A stretch of 62,096 bases of DNA, filler included, from a bacterium (lineage in GTDB: Bacteria; JALSQH01): NCBI GenBank assembly GCA_027004335.1. It is 9 parts of 9 records of this genome, joined end to end, with 100 filler letters (N's around TTAATTAATTAA, not from the genome) between each part and the next. Parts side by side here need not be neighbours in the genome. Positions count along the whole stretch, not along the records: positions 1 to 15,575 come from JALTID010000010.1; positions 15,676 to 21,155 come from JALTID010000012.1; 7 more parts are not named here. The stretch is one strand, 5' to 3'. A program made the translations under genes and the position numbers. The notes below the pieces were generated by a model. That model made no database searches and was not told where the DNA came from. It worked only from the letters and a program-made list of their open reading frames with translations. This document shows, piece after piece, positions 9,765 to 19,721 of this stretch (positions are counted from its first letter, which is position 1; each line of letters opens with the position of its first letter).

Positions 9765-10412
9765 TCATTCAACGGGAGGAAGAATACTTAAAAGTTCAGA
9801 AATTGAATCTATTACGAATTCAGGGTGGTATTCTTTTGCAATCTTTTCTGAATCTCCGTAGCCATAAGCTACCAGTATGGAATGGACTCCTGCCCGTTTT
9901 GCTACTATCATATCATTTACACCATCTCCCACGATATAGGTGTTTTCTCTTGTTGAATTTGTGGAGGATAGAATAAATTCAGCAGTTTCTGAGGCAGGTT
10001 TTTTTACAGGAAGAGTATCTTCACCTACCACAAATGAAAAAATGTGAGTAAGGCCGAAGTAATTTAATATTTTGTTTACAATTCTCTCTGGCTTATTTGT
10101 CAAAATGGCAAGATTATAGTTTCTATTTTTCAATTCGGAAAGAGTAGTTCTTACATCCGGATAAAGATGGGTGTATTTTACCGGGTTTTTTTCATATACC
10201 CTCAGAAATTTTTTGCGAAGATTCTCCGGAGAGGGGTATTCCGGAAGAGCTCTTTCCAGCAGCTTATTTACCCCGTCCCCGATATAAGAAGTTATCTCTT
10301 CAATCGTTTTTTCTCCATACCCGAGTTCCTTCCTTAGTAAATTAACATTGTAGGCTATATCCCGATTGGTATCTGCAAGAGTTCCGTCAAAGTCAAATAT
10401 GACCAGCTTCAT
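9765..10412 (-). CDS. HAD-IA hydrolase, phosphoglycolate phosphatase (Gph)-like
   Basis: IFDFDGTLADT, LTNKP, KKP, VGDG.NDM..A..AG, YGYG. Confidence 0.85.
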   Translation of the reverse strand: MKLVIFDFDGTLADTNRDIAYNVNLLRKELGYGEKTIEEITSYIGDGVNKLLERALPEYPSPENLRKKFLRVYEKNPVKYTHLYPDVRTTLSELKNRNYNLAILTNKPERIVNKILNYFGLTHIFSFVVGEDTLPVKKPASETAEFILSSTNSTRENTYIVGDGVNDMIVAKRAGVHSILVAYGYGDSEKIAKEYHPEFVIDSISELLSILPPVE

Positions 10413-12846
10413 TTTTTTCCTCCAGAAATTCTCTTATTTTTATCAGAATTTCTTTAGATTTTCCACTTATTATATTGGAACTCTGGAGAGATTCCGTAAG
10501 GAATCTACCATAACTTCTTGTTATTATTCTCTTATCAAGTATTATGACTACTCCTTTGTCTTTTGTGGTCCTTATTAGTCTTCCTGCTCCCTGCTTTAGT
10601 TTCAGTGCTGCAATGGGGATTGAGTATTCTTTAAATTCATTTCCTCCCCTATTCCTTATTAGTCTTGCCCTCGCACGATAAAGAGGATCAGTTGGCACGG
10701 GAAAGGGAAGTCTTGTTATGATGACAGTTGATAATTTTTCTCCAGCAACATCCACTCCTTCCCAGAAACTGTCTGTACCAAAAAGAACAGCCTTCTCTCC
10801 TTTCTTGAATATCTCCAGAAGCTTTTTCCTTGCAAATTGCCCCTGTTTGAGGAGAAGGAAGTTTTCATTATCAAGCTCATGGAAGATTTTTGAATAAAAA
10901 CTGTTCAACATGGAATATGAAGTAAAAAGAAGAAAAGTCCTCCCGTGAGAGATTCTTATAATTTCCTTTGCAAATTCAGAAGCTTCTACGGAGAACCCCG
11001 CTTTATCAACCTCTGGGATATCGGAGGGGACAAAAATTTCCATCTGTTTTTCGTAGTCAAATGGTGAGGGAAGAACTATTTCAACAGTATTATCAAACTG
11101 TTCCAGACCTGCCCAATCTTTAAAAAATGAGAAGTCACTATTGACGGAAAGTGTTGCAGAAGTGATGATTACACTTTTTTTGCCTGCGTAAAACTGATTG
11201 AGTTCTTCACTTACATCAACGGGTTGGATTTTGAACTTGATCCCATTTTCTCCCTTTCTTTTAGAGGCTTCCAGCACACATAGGAGATTCATGTCTTCAC
11301 CGGAGAAAAAGTCTTTCAGGACTGATGAATATTCTAAAAATCTTGATGCCTTCGCTTTTATCTCTTTTGATGTAAGTTCATCCACTTTTTTTAGCTGATC
11401 AGAGATTCTTATTAATTTTTCTGCACTTTTGCTTAGAATTTCTGTTAGATAAGCTATCTGGGGATAAATGCTGGAAAAATTTTTTACTTTGTACTGGAGC
11501 TCTTCCATGGGTATGACAACTGATTCTTCTTCAAATTCAATGTTCTCAAAGATTTTTTTGAAAAAACTTTCACCTGCTGAAATGAGTTTTGAGATGAGTA
11601 TTGTCGTATCTGAGACGAGCCCGGGTGAAATTTTATCAGAGATGATGGGAATAAGTCCTAAATTTCTCTTTTTCTTTTTTCCTTTGGTACGGTATAATCT
11701 TCCGGCGATTCTTTTTAGGCCCGCCAGCGAAAAACTCCTTTCTAACTGAGATCTAAATGCTTCTTCAAGATGGTGCCCCTCGTCAAAGATTATCCTCTGA
11801 TATTCAGGTATGACAGAATTATCTCCCATCTGTTTTTTCAAAAAATAGTCTGCAAATGTGAGATGGTGATTGACCACGATAATATTACTGGTGAGGCTCC
11901 TCTTTCTGCTTTTAAAGTAAAAACACTCATCAGGGTAGTACTTACATCTGTTGCCTATGCAGGTATCCCCTGTAGCTGCTACTTCTTCCCAGAGTTCGTC
12001 CGGGACAGAAGTGGTGAGATCCGAGCGGGTTCCTGATGTAGTATGCTCTGCCCACTGCTTTAATACTTTTAAGTGTTCTTTTTTACTGTTTTCAGGTAAT
12101 AACAGTGAGGACGAAGCAACTATTTTTTCCAGTCTCAGTTTACATAAGTAGTTTCCTCTTCCCTTCAATATTGAAATCTTAAGCGTTCCATTCTTAATTT
12201 TTTTGTTGAGGGAATGAAAATCTGATATTATCTGTTCCTGAAGGTTTATTGTGTATGTTGAAAGTATAATTTTTTCAGTGTTTTTTTCCGACCATTCCAT
12301 AGATGGAATAAGGTAAGCCCATGTTTTACCTGTACCTGTTCCTGCTTCAATAAGTGCTATTTTGTTTTCGTTGAATGCCTCAACAACTTTTGTAAGCATA
12401 ATTTTCTGTGATTCTCTTTCCTCAATCTGAGAAGAGAGGGACCTGCTACTTGCAGGGGTAAGGTATTCAATTAATTTTTCTGCGTTAATTGGTGTCACTT
12501 CTTTAAATACAGGCCTGACAACGACATTGACTTTTTTCACATTATTGTCAATGATATAAAAGCCTACAAGATTATTTCCCAGAAACCCTGCAACACTTAT
12601 ATCTGCGTCCGATGGGGTAAGGTCCCCGGATGGGTGGTTGTGAATGACTACCACATTAGGTCCTTCAATGTTAAGAATGGCAGGAGTTGAGTGAATGTTT
12701 CCCCGAGTTAATATTTCAATAGAACTAACTTTACCACTTTCATCAAGGAATCCGAGGAAGAGAACCTCGTTCAGATCATTTTCTTCTATGGCTTCTTTTA
12801 TCTGAAATATTGTGTTGGAAGAAAATATTTCTGAGGAATCATACAT
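10393..12846 (-). CDS. DinG/YoaA-family Fe-S helicase with N-terminal JAB/MPN (RadC-like) domain
   Basis: N-terminal NEV...HNHPSGDLTPSDAD JAMM motif; EAGTGTGKT; KGRGNYLC plus three more Cys; VVNHHL; DEGHH; TSATL; SPFDY; LFTSY; SFWEGVDV; LPFPVP; QGAGRLIR. Confidence 0.92.
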   Translation of the reverse strand: MYDSSEIFSSNTIFQIKEAIEENDLNEVLFLGFLDESGKVSSIEILTRGNIHSTPAILNIEGPNVVVIHNHPSGDLTPSDADISVAGFLGNNLVGFYIIDNNVKKVNVVVRPVFKEVTPINAEKLIEYLTPASSRSLSSQIEERESQKIMLTKVVEAFNENKIALIEAGTGTGKTWAYLIPSMEWSEKNTEKIILSTYTINLQEQIISDFHSLNKKIKNGTLKISILKGRGNYLCKLRLEKIVASSSLLLPENSKKEHLKVLKQWAEHTTSGTRSDLTTSVPDELWEEVAATGDTCIGNRCKYYPDECFYFKSRKRSLTSNIIVVNHHLTFADYFLKKQMGDNSVIPEYQRIIFDEGHHLEEAFRSQLERSFSLAGLKRIAGRLYRTKGKKKKRNLGLIPIISDKISPGLVSDTTILISKLISAGESFFKKIFENIEFEEESVVIPMEELQYKVKNFSSIYPQIAYLTEILSKSAEKLIRISDQLKKVDELTSKEIKAKASRFLEYSSVLKDFFSGEDMNLLCVLEASKRKGENGIKFKIQPVDVSEELNQFYAGKKSVIITSATLSVNSDFSFFKDWAGLEQFDNTVEIVLPSPFDYEKQMEIFVPSDIPEVDKAGFSVEASEFAKEIIRISHGRTFLLFTSYSMLNSFYSKIFHELDNENFLLLKQGQFARKKLLEIFKKGEKAVLFGTDSFWEGVDVAGEKLSTVIITRLPFPVPTDPLYRARARLIRNRGGNEFKEYSIPIAALKLKQGAGRLIRTTKDKGVVIILDKRIITRSYGRFLTESLQSSNIISGKSKEILIKIREFLEEKNEAGHI

Positions 12847-12857
12847 TTAGTTCAGTT

Positions 12858-12998
12858 TTAATCCTCAATATCTTCCGGAACTTCCTGCTGGAGAATGAGT
12901 TTCCTATAAAGTTTTTCCCCCGTAACGAATAATTTTACCACACCATCTAAGAGGTTACCCAGAAAAATCACAAAAATCAGCCGGAATAGAAAAACCAT
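12858..12998 (-). CDS. Unannotated 46-aa small protein (hydrophobic N-terminus, acidic C-terminus)
   Basis: Read by hand: MVFLFRLIFVIFLGNLLDGVVKLFVTGEKLYRKLILQQEVPEDIED; SD GGAGGTG; perfect promoter upstream; stop 11 nt before the helicase ATG. Confidence 0.6.
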   Translation of the reverse strand: MVFLFRLIFVIFLGNLLDGVVKLFVTGEKLYRKLILQQEVPEDIED

Positions 12999-13028
12999 CT
13001 TCACCTCCGCCTGAGATGGTTAGAATAA

Positions 13029-13057
13029 ATTATAGTCATACTTGTCTTACCTGTCAA
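13029..13057 (-). promoter_or_regulatory. Perfect-consensus sigma70 promoter for the small ORF-dinG-gph unit
   Basis: Minus strand TTGACA (13057-13052), 17-nt spacer, TATAAT (13034-13029). Confidence 0.8.
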
Positions 13058-13902
13058 ACTTTAGGCTTAATAGTTTTTACAAGCTCCTCCGGGGATAGTT
13101 CTTTCATCTCTTCCTCTACTTCCCCGCTGTATTTCCACACTCTGTGTCTAACAAGACCATAGATAAGAGGTAATATCAGAAGGAGAATCGCAATTGCATC
13201 TGTTTTATCCCTCTTTTTCCCTTTTTCGCCGGGTGAAAACACCTCTAAGACGGCAAGAGCGAAGAGGGTTGTTAGGGGGATCTTGGTAATGAGGGCAAGG
13301 AGTGTTTTGACTATTGAACCGTTATCCCTATATGTGTTTATAATTATCCAGATAAGCATACCTAACTCTACAAGAGCTACAATGACAAAGTATGCCTTGT
13401 AAAGTAGGTTTGAATTGAAGTATATGAGAATATGACCACCTGCTAAAAGAGCGATAAAGGGAAACAGGATCAAGGATGCATTTACTGTTACATCTCTATA
13501 ATCTCTGAAGACCACAACGACTTTCGTAAATCCTAAAATTATGCCTAAAACTATCAGGAGAAAAAATGTGGTAAGAAAATATTTTTCTATAAAATAGTTA
13601 AAATAAAAGCTAAGAGTTTCTTTGAGGCCATGGGGAGTAACATCTTCCAATGTAAGGGTCTTAACATATCCTTTAGCACCATTTCCAATTTTAACGGGGA
13701 CCCAACCGTTTACAATTTTTTCTTTCTCAGTAAAAATGTAGTCTCCTTCTGATAGCTGTCCGATCACCTGACTCTTTAGTGATGGCTTTGCCCTCACATT
13801 TACAGCTTCTTTCTTAACTTTAAATATGCTCCTTTCTGCGTGGAGGGAGGAGAAAGGAACAAACATAAGAAAAATCACCAGAAAAAGAAACCCTCTTTTC
13901 AA
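13054..13902 (-). CDS. Signal peptide + bacterial SH3 domain + multi-pass membrane protein
   Basis: VNVRAKPSLKSQVIGQL..G...NGWVPV..G..GYV SH3b motif followed by about 5 hydrophobic segments. Confidence 0.75.
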   Translation of the reverse strand: MKRGFLFLVIFLMFVPFSSLHAERSIFKVKKEAVNVRAKPSLKSQVIGQLSEGDYIFTEKEKIVNGWVPVKIGNGAKGYVKTLTLEDVTPHGLKETLSFYFNYFIEKYFLTTFFLLIVLGIILGFTKVVVVFRDYRDVTVNASLILFPFIALLAGGHILIYFNSNLLYKAYFVIVALVELGMLIWIIINTYRDNGSIVKTLLALITKIPLTTLFALAVLEVFSPGEKGKKRDKTDAIAILLLILPLIYGLVRHRVWKYSGEVEEEMKELSPEELVKTIKPKV

Positions 13903-14009
13903 GTTATTTTCCCTTTTTTTATTATTTTACACCAGAGGAAGGGAATATACAACATTAGGTTAGATCCTTCTTTGAAATTTCCCATGAGTTGTTATAAAAT
14001 AAATTTAAG

Positions 14010-14546
14010 ATGGAGGGAAGAGAATTTGTAGAAAGTGTAATTTTTGGAAGAAGAAGTGTAAGAAAATTTAAAAAGGCCCCTGTTCCTGATGAGTATATTG
14101 AACTGATTCTTAAAGCTGCGATGGCTGCTCCTTCTGCCTGGAACAGGCAACCATGGGCTTTTATTGTGGTAAAAACTGAGAAACAACGAAAGCAGCTTGC
14201 AGGTATTCACAGATATGCGCGAATGTGTGCGGAGGCACCTGTGGTTATTTCTGTTGTAGGTAATGAAGCTGATGAAAAGTGGATTGAAGGTTGCAGTGCA
14301 GCGACTGAGAATATTTTACTCACTGTTCATGCTCTTGGTCTTGGAGCAGTTTGGGTGGATATAAGGGGGGTTTCCTATGGCAGCCCTAACGATGAACTTG
14401 TTGCAAAGAAAATATTAAATGTTCCTGGAAAATGGCGTGTTTTAAATCTCATCCCTATAGGTTACCCGGAAGAAGAAAAATCCCCACGCACCCAGTATAA
14501 CCATGCAAAAATATTTTATGAAGAATTCGGGATAAGGAAGGATTAA
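14010..14546 (+). CDS. Nitroreductase family protein
   Basis: RRSVRKF, AAMAAPSAWNRQPW, ENILL..HALGLGAVW, IPIGYP. Confidence 0.92.
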   Translation: MEGREFVESVIFGRRSVRKFKKAPVPDEYIELILKAAMAAPSAWNRQPWAFIVVKTEKQRKQLAGIHRYARMCAEAPVVISVVGNEADEKWIEGCSAATENILLTVHALGLGAVWVDIRGVSYGSPNDELVAKKILNVPGKWRVLNLIPIGYPEEEKSPRTQYNHAKIFYEEFGIRKD

Positions 14547-15224
14547 ATGGTTAGAGATGTTTTAAAATCTTTTCCTCTTTTTGCTGACCTTGATGATGAA
14601 GAACTAACTGATATTGAGAAAATAGTAATGACTAAGAAATTTTCAAAAGATGAGATAATTCTTTACCAGTTTGATCCTGGTGATTCTCTCTATATGATTG
14701 CCGGCGGAAGAGTAAAAGTGGTTCTTTTCAGTAAAGATGGAAAGGAAGTTCTTCTATCCACTCTTGGGACAAGTGATTTTTTTGGGGAGATGTCCCTTCT
14801 TGATGGGATGCCCAGATCTGCCTCTGTTGTTGCTCTTGAAGATTCTGAACTTATCGTTTTAAAAAGAAGAGATTTTCTTGATCTGATAAGAAATCATCCC
14901 GAGATTGCCCTGAAAATTCTAACAGAATTGAGCAGACGCTTACGGGAAGCAGATAGAAAAATAGGAAGTCTTATTCTCATGGATGTTTACGGCAGAGTGG
15001 CGAGGCTCCTTCTTGATCTTGCAGAGAAAGAGGGTAAAAAAATAAATGGTGAGATTGTCATTGAAAAAAGGTTAAAGCACAAAGATATTGCTAGCATGGT
15101 AGGTGCCAGCAGGGAGACTGTCTCCAGAGTCTTAAGAGATTTTGCCCAGAGTGGGTTCATAACTGTTGATAATAAAAGGATAATAATTCACCAATCTGGA
15201 ACAGACATTGAGAACAAAATTTGA
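14547..15224 (+). CDS. Crp/Fnr-family transcriptional regulator (cNMP-binding)
   Basis: FFGEMSLLDGMPRSAS cNMP pocket; HTH DIASMVGASRETVSR. Confidence 0.93.
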   Translation: MVRDVLKSFPLFADLDDEELTDIEKIVMTKKFSKDEIILYQFDPGDSLYMIAGGRVKVVLFSKDGKEVLLSTLGTSDFFGEMSLLDGMPRSASVVALEDSELIVLKRRDFLDLIRNHPEIALKILTELSRRLREADRKIGSLILMDVYGRVARLLLDLAEKEGKKINGEIVIEKRLKHKDIASMVGASRETVSRVLRDFAQSGFITVDNKRIIIHQSGTDIENKI

Positions 15225-15575
15225 AATTTATCTTCTTACTCCTGCTAAATTAAATTTATTTTTGAAAGTTGTAGGGCGAGATAAGAACGGTTATCATCTT
15301 CTTCAATCTCTTTTTGTTCCTGTTTCATTGTACGATAAAGTTTCCATTGGTAAATTGAAGAAGAGAGTGATAAAAGTGAGTCTTTTTCCTCCTCTTAATA
15401 TCTCACCTGAGGAAACTACTATTTTTAAAGCGGCTTCACTTTTTTTTGAAAAACTTGGTGAAAAGGGTGGAGTTACCATAATGGTAAAAAAAAATATACC
15501 ACCTGGCGCAGGACTTGGAGGAGGTAGCAGTGACGCAGCAGCAATTCTTAAGGGATTGAACACGCTTTATGGATG
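15208..15575 (+). CDS. ispE: 4-diphosphocytidyl-2-C-methyl-D-erythritol kinase (3'-truncated by contig end)
   Basis: PAKLNLFL.V.G...GYH.L.S; KNIPPGAGLGGGSSDAAA. Confidence 0.93.
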
Positions 15576-15675
15576 NNNNNNNNNNNNNNNNNNNNNNNNN
15601 NNNNNNNNNNNNNNNNNNNTTAATTAATTAANNNNNNNNNNNNNNNNNNNNNNNNNNNNNNNNNNNNNNNNNNNN
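15576..15675. other. Artificial contig spacer (N44-TTAATTAATTAA-N44)
   Basis: The same 100-bp spacer with stops in all six frames recurs at 21156-21255, 26725-26824, 32287-32386, 37837-37936, 43339-43438, 58760-58859 and 60450-60549. Confidence 0.98.
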
Positions 15676-16847
15676 GGCCCGGAAATACCTGCCTGAGTTG
15701 AAGAATAGATATGTAAAAATACAAGTGCGTCAATATTTGTTTCTTTCAGAGTTTGTTCAATGATTGCTGTATAGAGGTTGAAGTCAAACATATCTCCTAA
15801 GTCAAGAGGGTTGGTGGGCCTTATCACATTTGCCCTGAAATGTTTTTGTATCTCTTTCAAAAAGTTATCTGAAAATTTTGCAAGTTGAAAACCATATCTT
15901 TCCACAGCATCAGCAGCAACAACTGCGTGTCCTCCTGATCTTGAAATAATTGCAATCTTGTTGCCCTTCATGGGAGGCAGGGAAAACACTTTTGCAGCAT
16001 TTACCATATTGTTGAGTGTATGGACCCTGACAAAGCCGAGCTGTTTTAGAACCGAATCTACAACCTTGTCATCTACTGAAAGAGAAGCTGTATGGGATCT
16101 TGCTATATTTTCACTTAATTTTCCAATATTTGCTTTGTGAACTATCACAGGTTTATTTACATGCTTGCCCACCGCTACAAATTTTTTTCCATCTTTTATA
16201 CCTTCAAGGTATATCGCTATTATTTTTGTACTTGGATCTGCGTTTAGATATTCAAGAAAATCTGTCTCGTCCATATTTGTTTTATTACCCAGGCTTACAA
16301 ATTTATTTACCCCAAGGTTTTCAAATGAGAGGAGATCAATATAGGAAAGCCCGATTCCTCCACTCTGAGAGAGAATTGAGACAGATCCTATCTTAGCTCT
16401 TTGGGGGAAGAAGTAAGAAAATGGGAGAACCATACCTTTTTCAAGATTTATAATGCCAAGACCATTAGGTCCAACAAACCTGATATCATATTTTCTCGCT
16501 ATTTCGTTTAGTTCAGTTTCAAGAGAGATTCGTTCTTCAGAAAATTCCCCGAATCCGGCTGTTTCAATTACTACCCTTCTAATTCCCTTCTTTCCACAAG
16601 TTTCTAAAATTTGAGGTACTGTAAGGGCTGGTGTGATGATTACTCCAAGGTCAATACCAGGAGGTATGTCTTCAAGGTTACTTATAATCTGCTGTCCAAA
16701 TATTACTCCTCCACGGGGGGAATACATATAGATTTTTCCTGGATATTCAAACCTTAAAAGATTCCCTACAATGATTTTTCCTAAGTTGTTTTCACGAGGA
16801 GAAACTCCAAACACCACGATACTGTCAGGATAAAAGAGCTTTTCCAT
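15676..16847 (-). CDS. Acyl-CoA synthetase (NDP-forming), alpha subunit/domain (3'-truncated)
   Basis: LFYPDSIVVFGVS CoA-binding domain; GPNGLG; SQSGG; SLGNK; SHTASL phospho-His motif; NPLDL. ATG at 16847 follows GGAGG. Confidence 0.88.
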
Positions 16848-16933
16848 CACTGCCTCCAATTTTTCCTTTATTGTAACTATTGTAAATTGTTTTTTCAAAG
16901 GATATAATAATCAAAAACTGCGGAGGAATGATT

Positions 16934-18754
16934 ATGGTTCAGGAAAATCTCGTACCTTATAGGAGTATTTATGAGATGTTTAAAGCTGCTGTAGATGAAA
17001 GGGGTGATAGGCCTGGTTTGAAATACCTCAGTAACGGGGAATGGGTTCCCGTTTCCTGGAACCAGTGGTTTGGGATGTCAAAGGCTATTGCCAAGGGATT
17101 AATAGCTCTGGGCATGGAAAAAGGGGATAAAGTTAACATTCTCTCTGCAACTAATTATAAATGGGTTATAACTGATCTTGCCATTATTATGGGAGGTGGT
17201 GTTACTGTACCGATTTATCAGTCAAACACTGCAAGAGAGTGCCACTACATAGTTGATCATTCTGAATCAAAATTTATTTTTGTGGAAAATAAGCTACAAT
17301 TGGAGAAAATTCTTGCGATTAAAGATGAGTTGCCGAGGTTGCAAAAAATAATCGTTTTTAGTAATGAGGTCCCCGCTGGTGCAGGAGAGATGATAATGGG
17401 ATTTGATGAACTTATTGAGTTTGGGAAGGCTCAGGATAATGATGAGCAGTTCTACAAAATTGCAGAGTCCCTTGAGCAGATGGATCTTGCATCAATTGTT
17501 TATACCTCGGGGACTACTGGAGTGCCCAAGGGGGTTATGCTTCCCCACAGAAATTTCATTTATATTGGAGCTGCGATAAACAGGATTGTAAATTTTGATC
17601 CCGACAACGATGAAAACTTTGCTTGGCTTCCATATGCCCATATTCTTGGGAGAGCTGTTCAATATTCAATTATTTTTGCGAAGATTTGTACGAGTTTTTC
17701 CAGAGGGATTGATACCCTCCTTGAGGATATGCAGAATGCTAAGCCAACTTTTGTTGTAAGTGTGCCGAGAATTTATGAAAAGATCTACACAAAGATCCAG
17801 GTTGGACTTGAGAGTGCAAGTCCTGTTAAAAGAGCTCTTTTTAACTGGACAATGGATGTAGGACGGAAGGTCAGTGAATTTAAACAGAAACAGGAACCCC
17901 TTCCGGCTACTCTTCAGCTGGAGTACAGACTTGCATATAAGCTGGTATTGAACAAAATACATGATCTCTTTGGGGGCAGGATCAGATTCTTTGTTTCAGG
18001 TGGTGCACCTCTTTCAAAGGATATTGCTGAGTTTTTTCATGCAGCTGATGTCTTGATCCTGGAAGGTTATGGATTAACTGAGACAACAGCTCCAGCTAAT
18101 GTGAACAGACCCGATAAATATAAATTTGGAACTGTTGGCCCGGTTCTTCCAGGGACAGAAGAAAAAATTGCCGATGATGGTGAGATTCTCATCCGGGGAC
18201 CTGGAGTTATGACAGGTTACTATAAAAATCCAGAAGAAACAAGAGAAGCTCTTGATGATGAAGGGTGGTTTCACTCAGGTGATATTGGAGAATTTGATGA
18301 GGAAGGTTTTTTGAGAATTACCGACAGGAAGAAGGATATTATTGTTACAGCTGGTGGTAAGAATATTGCTCCGCAGTATATTGAGAATCTTATGAAAACT
18401 TCTCCCTATGTAAGTCAATGCTTTGTATATGGAGATAAGAGGAAATATTTAACTGCTCTCATTACCTTGGATTATGAACAGGTAAAGGAGTATGCTGATT
18501 CCCATGGAATCCAGTATGAAAAACTTGAGGATCTTGCAAAGGATCCCCAGATTGACCAGCTTATCAAGGAAGAAATCATGGGGAGAAATAAACAACTTGC
18601 TTCTTATGAAACTATTAAAAAGTATGTCATTCTCCCAGAGGATTTTACAATAGAAACTGGGGAATTGACTCCTTCACTGAAGATGAAAAGGAAAGTAATT
18701 CTCAAGGAGTATCAGCATCTCCTCGATTCTTTGTATGAAGAAAAATTTGATTAA
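16934..18754 (+). CDS. fadD: Long-chain-fatty-acid--CoA ligase (AMP-forming)
   Basis: YTSGTTGVPKGV, SGGAPL, EGYGLTET, GWFHSGDIG, DRKKDII.TAGGKNIAP, GELTPSLK. ATG at 16934 has good spacing from GGAGG. Confidence 0.92.
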   Translation: MVQENLVPYRSIYEMFKAAVDERGDRPGLKYLSNGEWVPVSWNQWFGMSKAIAKGLIALGMEKGDKVNILSATNYKWVITDLAIIMGGGVTVPIYQSNTARECHYIVDHSESKFIFVENKLQLEKILAIKDELPRLQKIIVFSNEVPAGAGEMIMGFDELIEFGKAQDNDEQFYKIAESLEQMDLASIVYTSGTTGVPKGVMLPHRNFIYIGAAINRIVNFDPDNDENFAWLPYAHILGRAVQYSIIFAKICTSFSRGIDTLLEDMQNAKPTFVVSVPRIYEKIYTKIQVGLESASPVKRALFNWTMDVGRKVSEFKQKQEPLPATLQLEYRLAYKLVLNKIHDLFGGRIRFFVSGGAPLSKDIAEFFHAADVLILEGYGLTETTAPANVNRPDKYKFGTVGPVLPGTEEKIADDGEILIRGPGVMTGYYKNPEETREALDDEGWFHSGDIGEFDEEGFLRITDRKKDIIVTAGGKNIAPQYIENLMKTSPYVSQCFVYGDKRKYLTALITLDYEQVKEYADSHGIQYEKLEDLAKDPQIDQLIKEEIMGRNKQLASYETIKKYVILPEDFTIETGELTPSLKMKRKVILKEYQHLLDSLYEEKFD

Positions 18755-18767
18755 GAGAGTGAGAATG

Positions 18768-18788
18768 AAGCGGGGCTCTGCCCCGCTT
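18768..18788. terminator. Intrinsic terminator hairpin between convergent fadD and DsbA-family genes
   Basis: AAGCGGGGC-TCT-GCCCCGCTT followed by TATTT. Confidence 0.8.
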
Positions 18789-18791
18789 TAT

Positions 18792-19721
18792 TTACTTTTT
18801 GGAAAGTTCCTGCTCTATTATGCTTTTTAGCTGTGCTTCTGGAAGAGCTCCTGGTATATATCTTCCATTTATAAAAAGAGTTGGTGTGGATCTTACTTGG
18901 AGTCTTAAAGCATTTTTAGCAGAATCTTCAATTTCCCCCTTTACCTTTTTGCTCTTAAGGCATTTCTTAAACTTATTTAGGTTCAATCCTGCTTTCTTGG
19001 CTACTTCAAGGGATTTTGTCTCTATACTTTTCTTTGTAAGTTTTTGCTGATGGGTATAAAAATAATTGTAGAACTCCCAGAAAGCGTTTTTCTTCTGATC
19101 GTATGCGCACTGAGCGGCTTTTGCAGCATCCATAGCCCATGGGTGGATCTGAACCAGAGGAAAGTTTTTGAATGTGAATCTTATCTTACCCTGATAATTC
19201 TGCATGACCGTTCTCATTATGTTGTACATTTTGCCACAATAAGGGCACTCAAAATCAGCAAATTCCACTATTCGAACAGGAGCATTTTTCGGTCCAATAG
19301 TTGGAGCATCTTTGGTGTTTATCATACTTTCATCCACGAAGTCTTCTTCCTCGTTCTGGATGGAGGCAAGGCTTCCATGTGTGGGGACAATGGGACCCAT
19401 AAAAATGTATTTACCATCGTTGGTGATGTACAGATTGAATCTCTTCCCATATCCAGCTTGTTTCCACTCTACTCTCGCTTTTGCTACTCCGGGAATTACC
19501 GAGGAAGAAACTTTAAGGACCTTGATCTCAGCATTTTTGTTACCCCTTGCCATTTTTATCACAAAATCCTCTGCCACTTTTTTAATGAGCTGTGTATCAA
19601 GTGGAGCTTGAGGGGCGACCTGGTTACTACTTCCTTTTTCTGAGGTAGTGGTTTTTTCACATCCAGCAGCCACAAAGATAAAAATAAGTAAAAGTAATGA
19701 GATGAGAACCTTCTTTTTCAT
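18792..19721 (-). CDS. DsbA/BdbD-family thioredoxin-fold lipoprotein with DsbC-like N-terminal domain
   Basis: Lipobox AAGC; YITNDGKYIF; GPKNAPVRIVEFADFECPYC; FPL..IHP; cis-Pro motif STPTLFING. Confidence 0.9.
   Translation of the reverse strand: MKKKVLISLLLLIFIFVAAGCEKTTTSEKGSSNQVAPQAPLDTQLIKKVAEDFVIKMARGNKNAEIKVLKVSSSVIPGVAKARVEWKQAGYGKRFNLYITNDGKYIFMGPIVPTHGSLASIQNEEEDFVDESMINTKDAPTIGPKNAPVRIVEFADFECPYCGKMYNIMRTVMQNYQGKIRFTFKNFPLVQIHPWAMDAAKAAQCAYDQKKNAFWEFYNYFYTHQQKLTKKSIETKSLEVAKKAGLNLNKFKKCLKSKKVKGEIEDSAKNALRLQVRSTPTLFINGRYIPGALPEAQLKSIIEQELSKK

Noticed and set aside
10393-12846. DinG as a type IV CRISPR (CasDinG) or defence-island component
   Set aside because: No cas genes, CRISPR array or mobile context; the neighbours are housekeeping genes.
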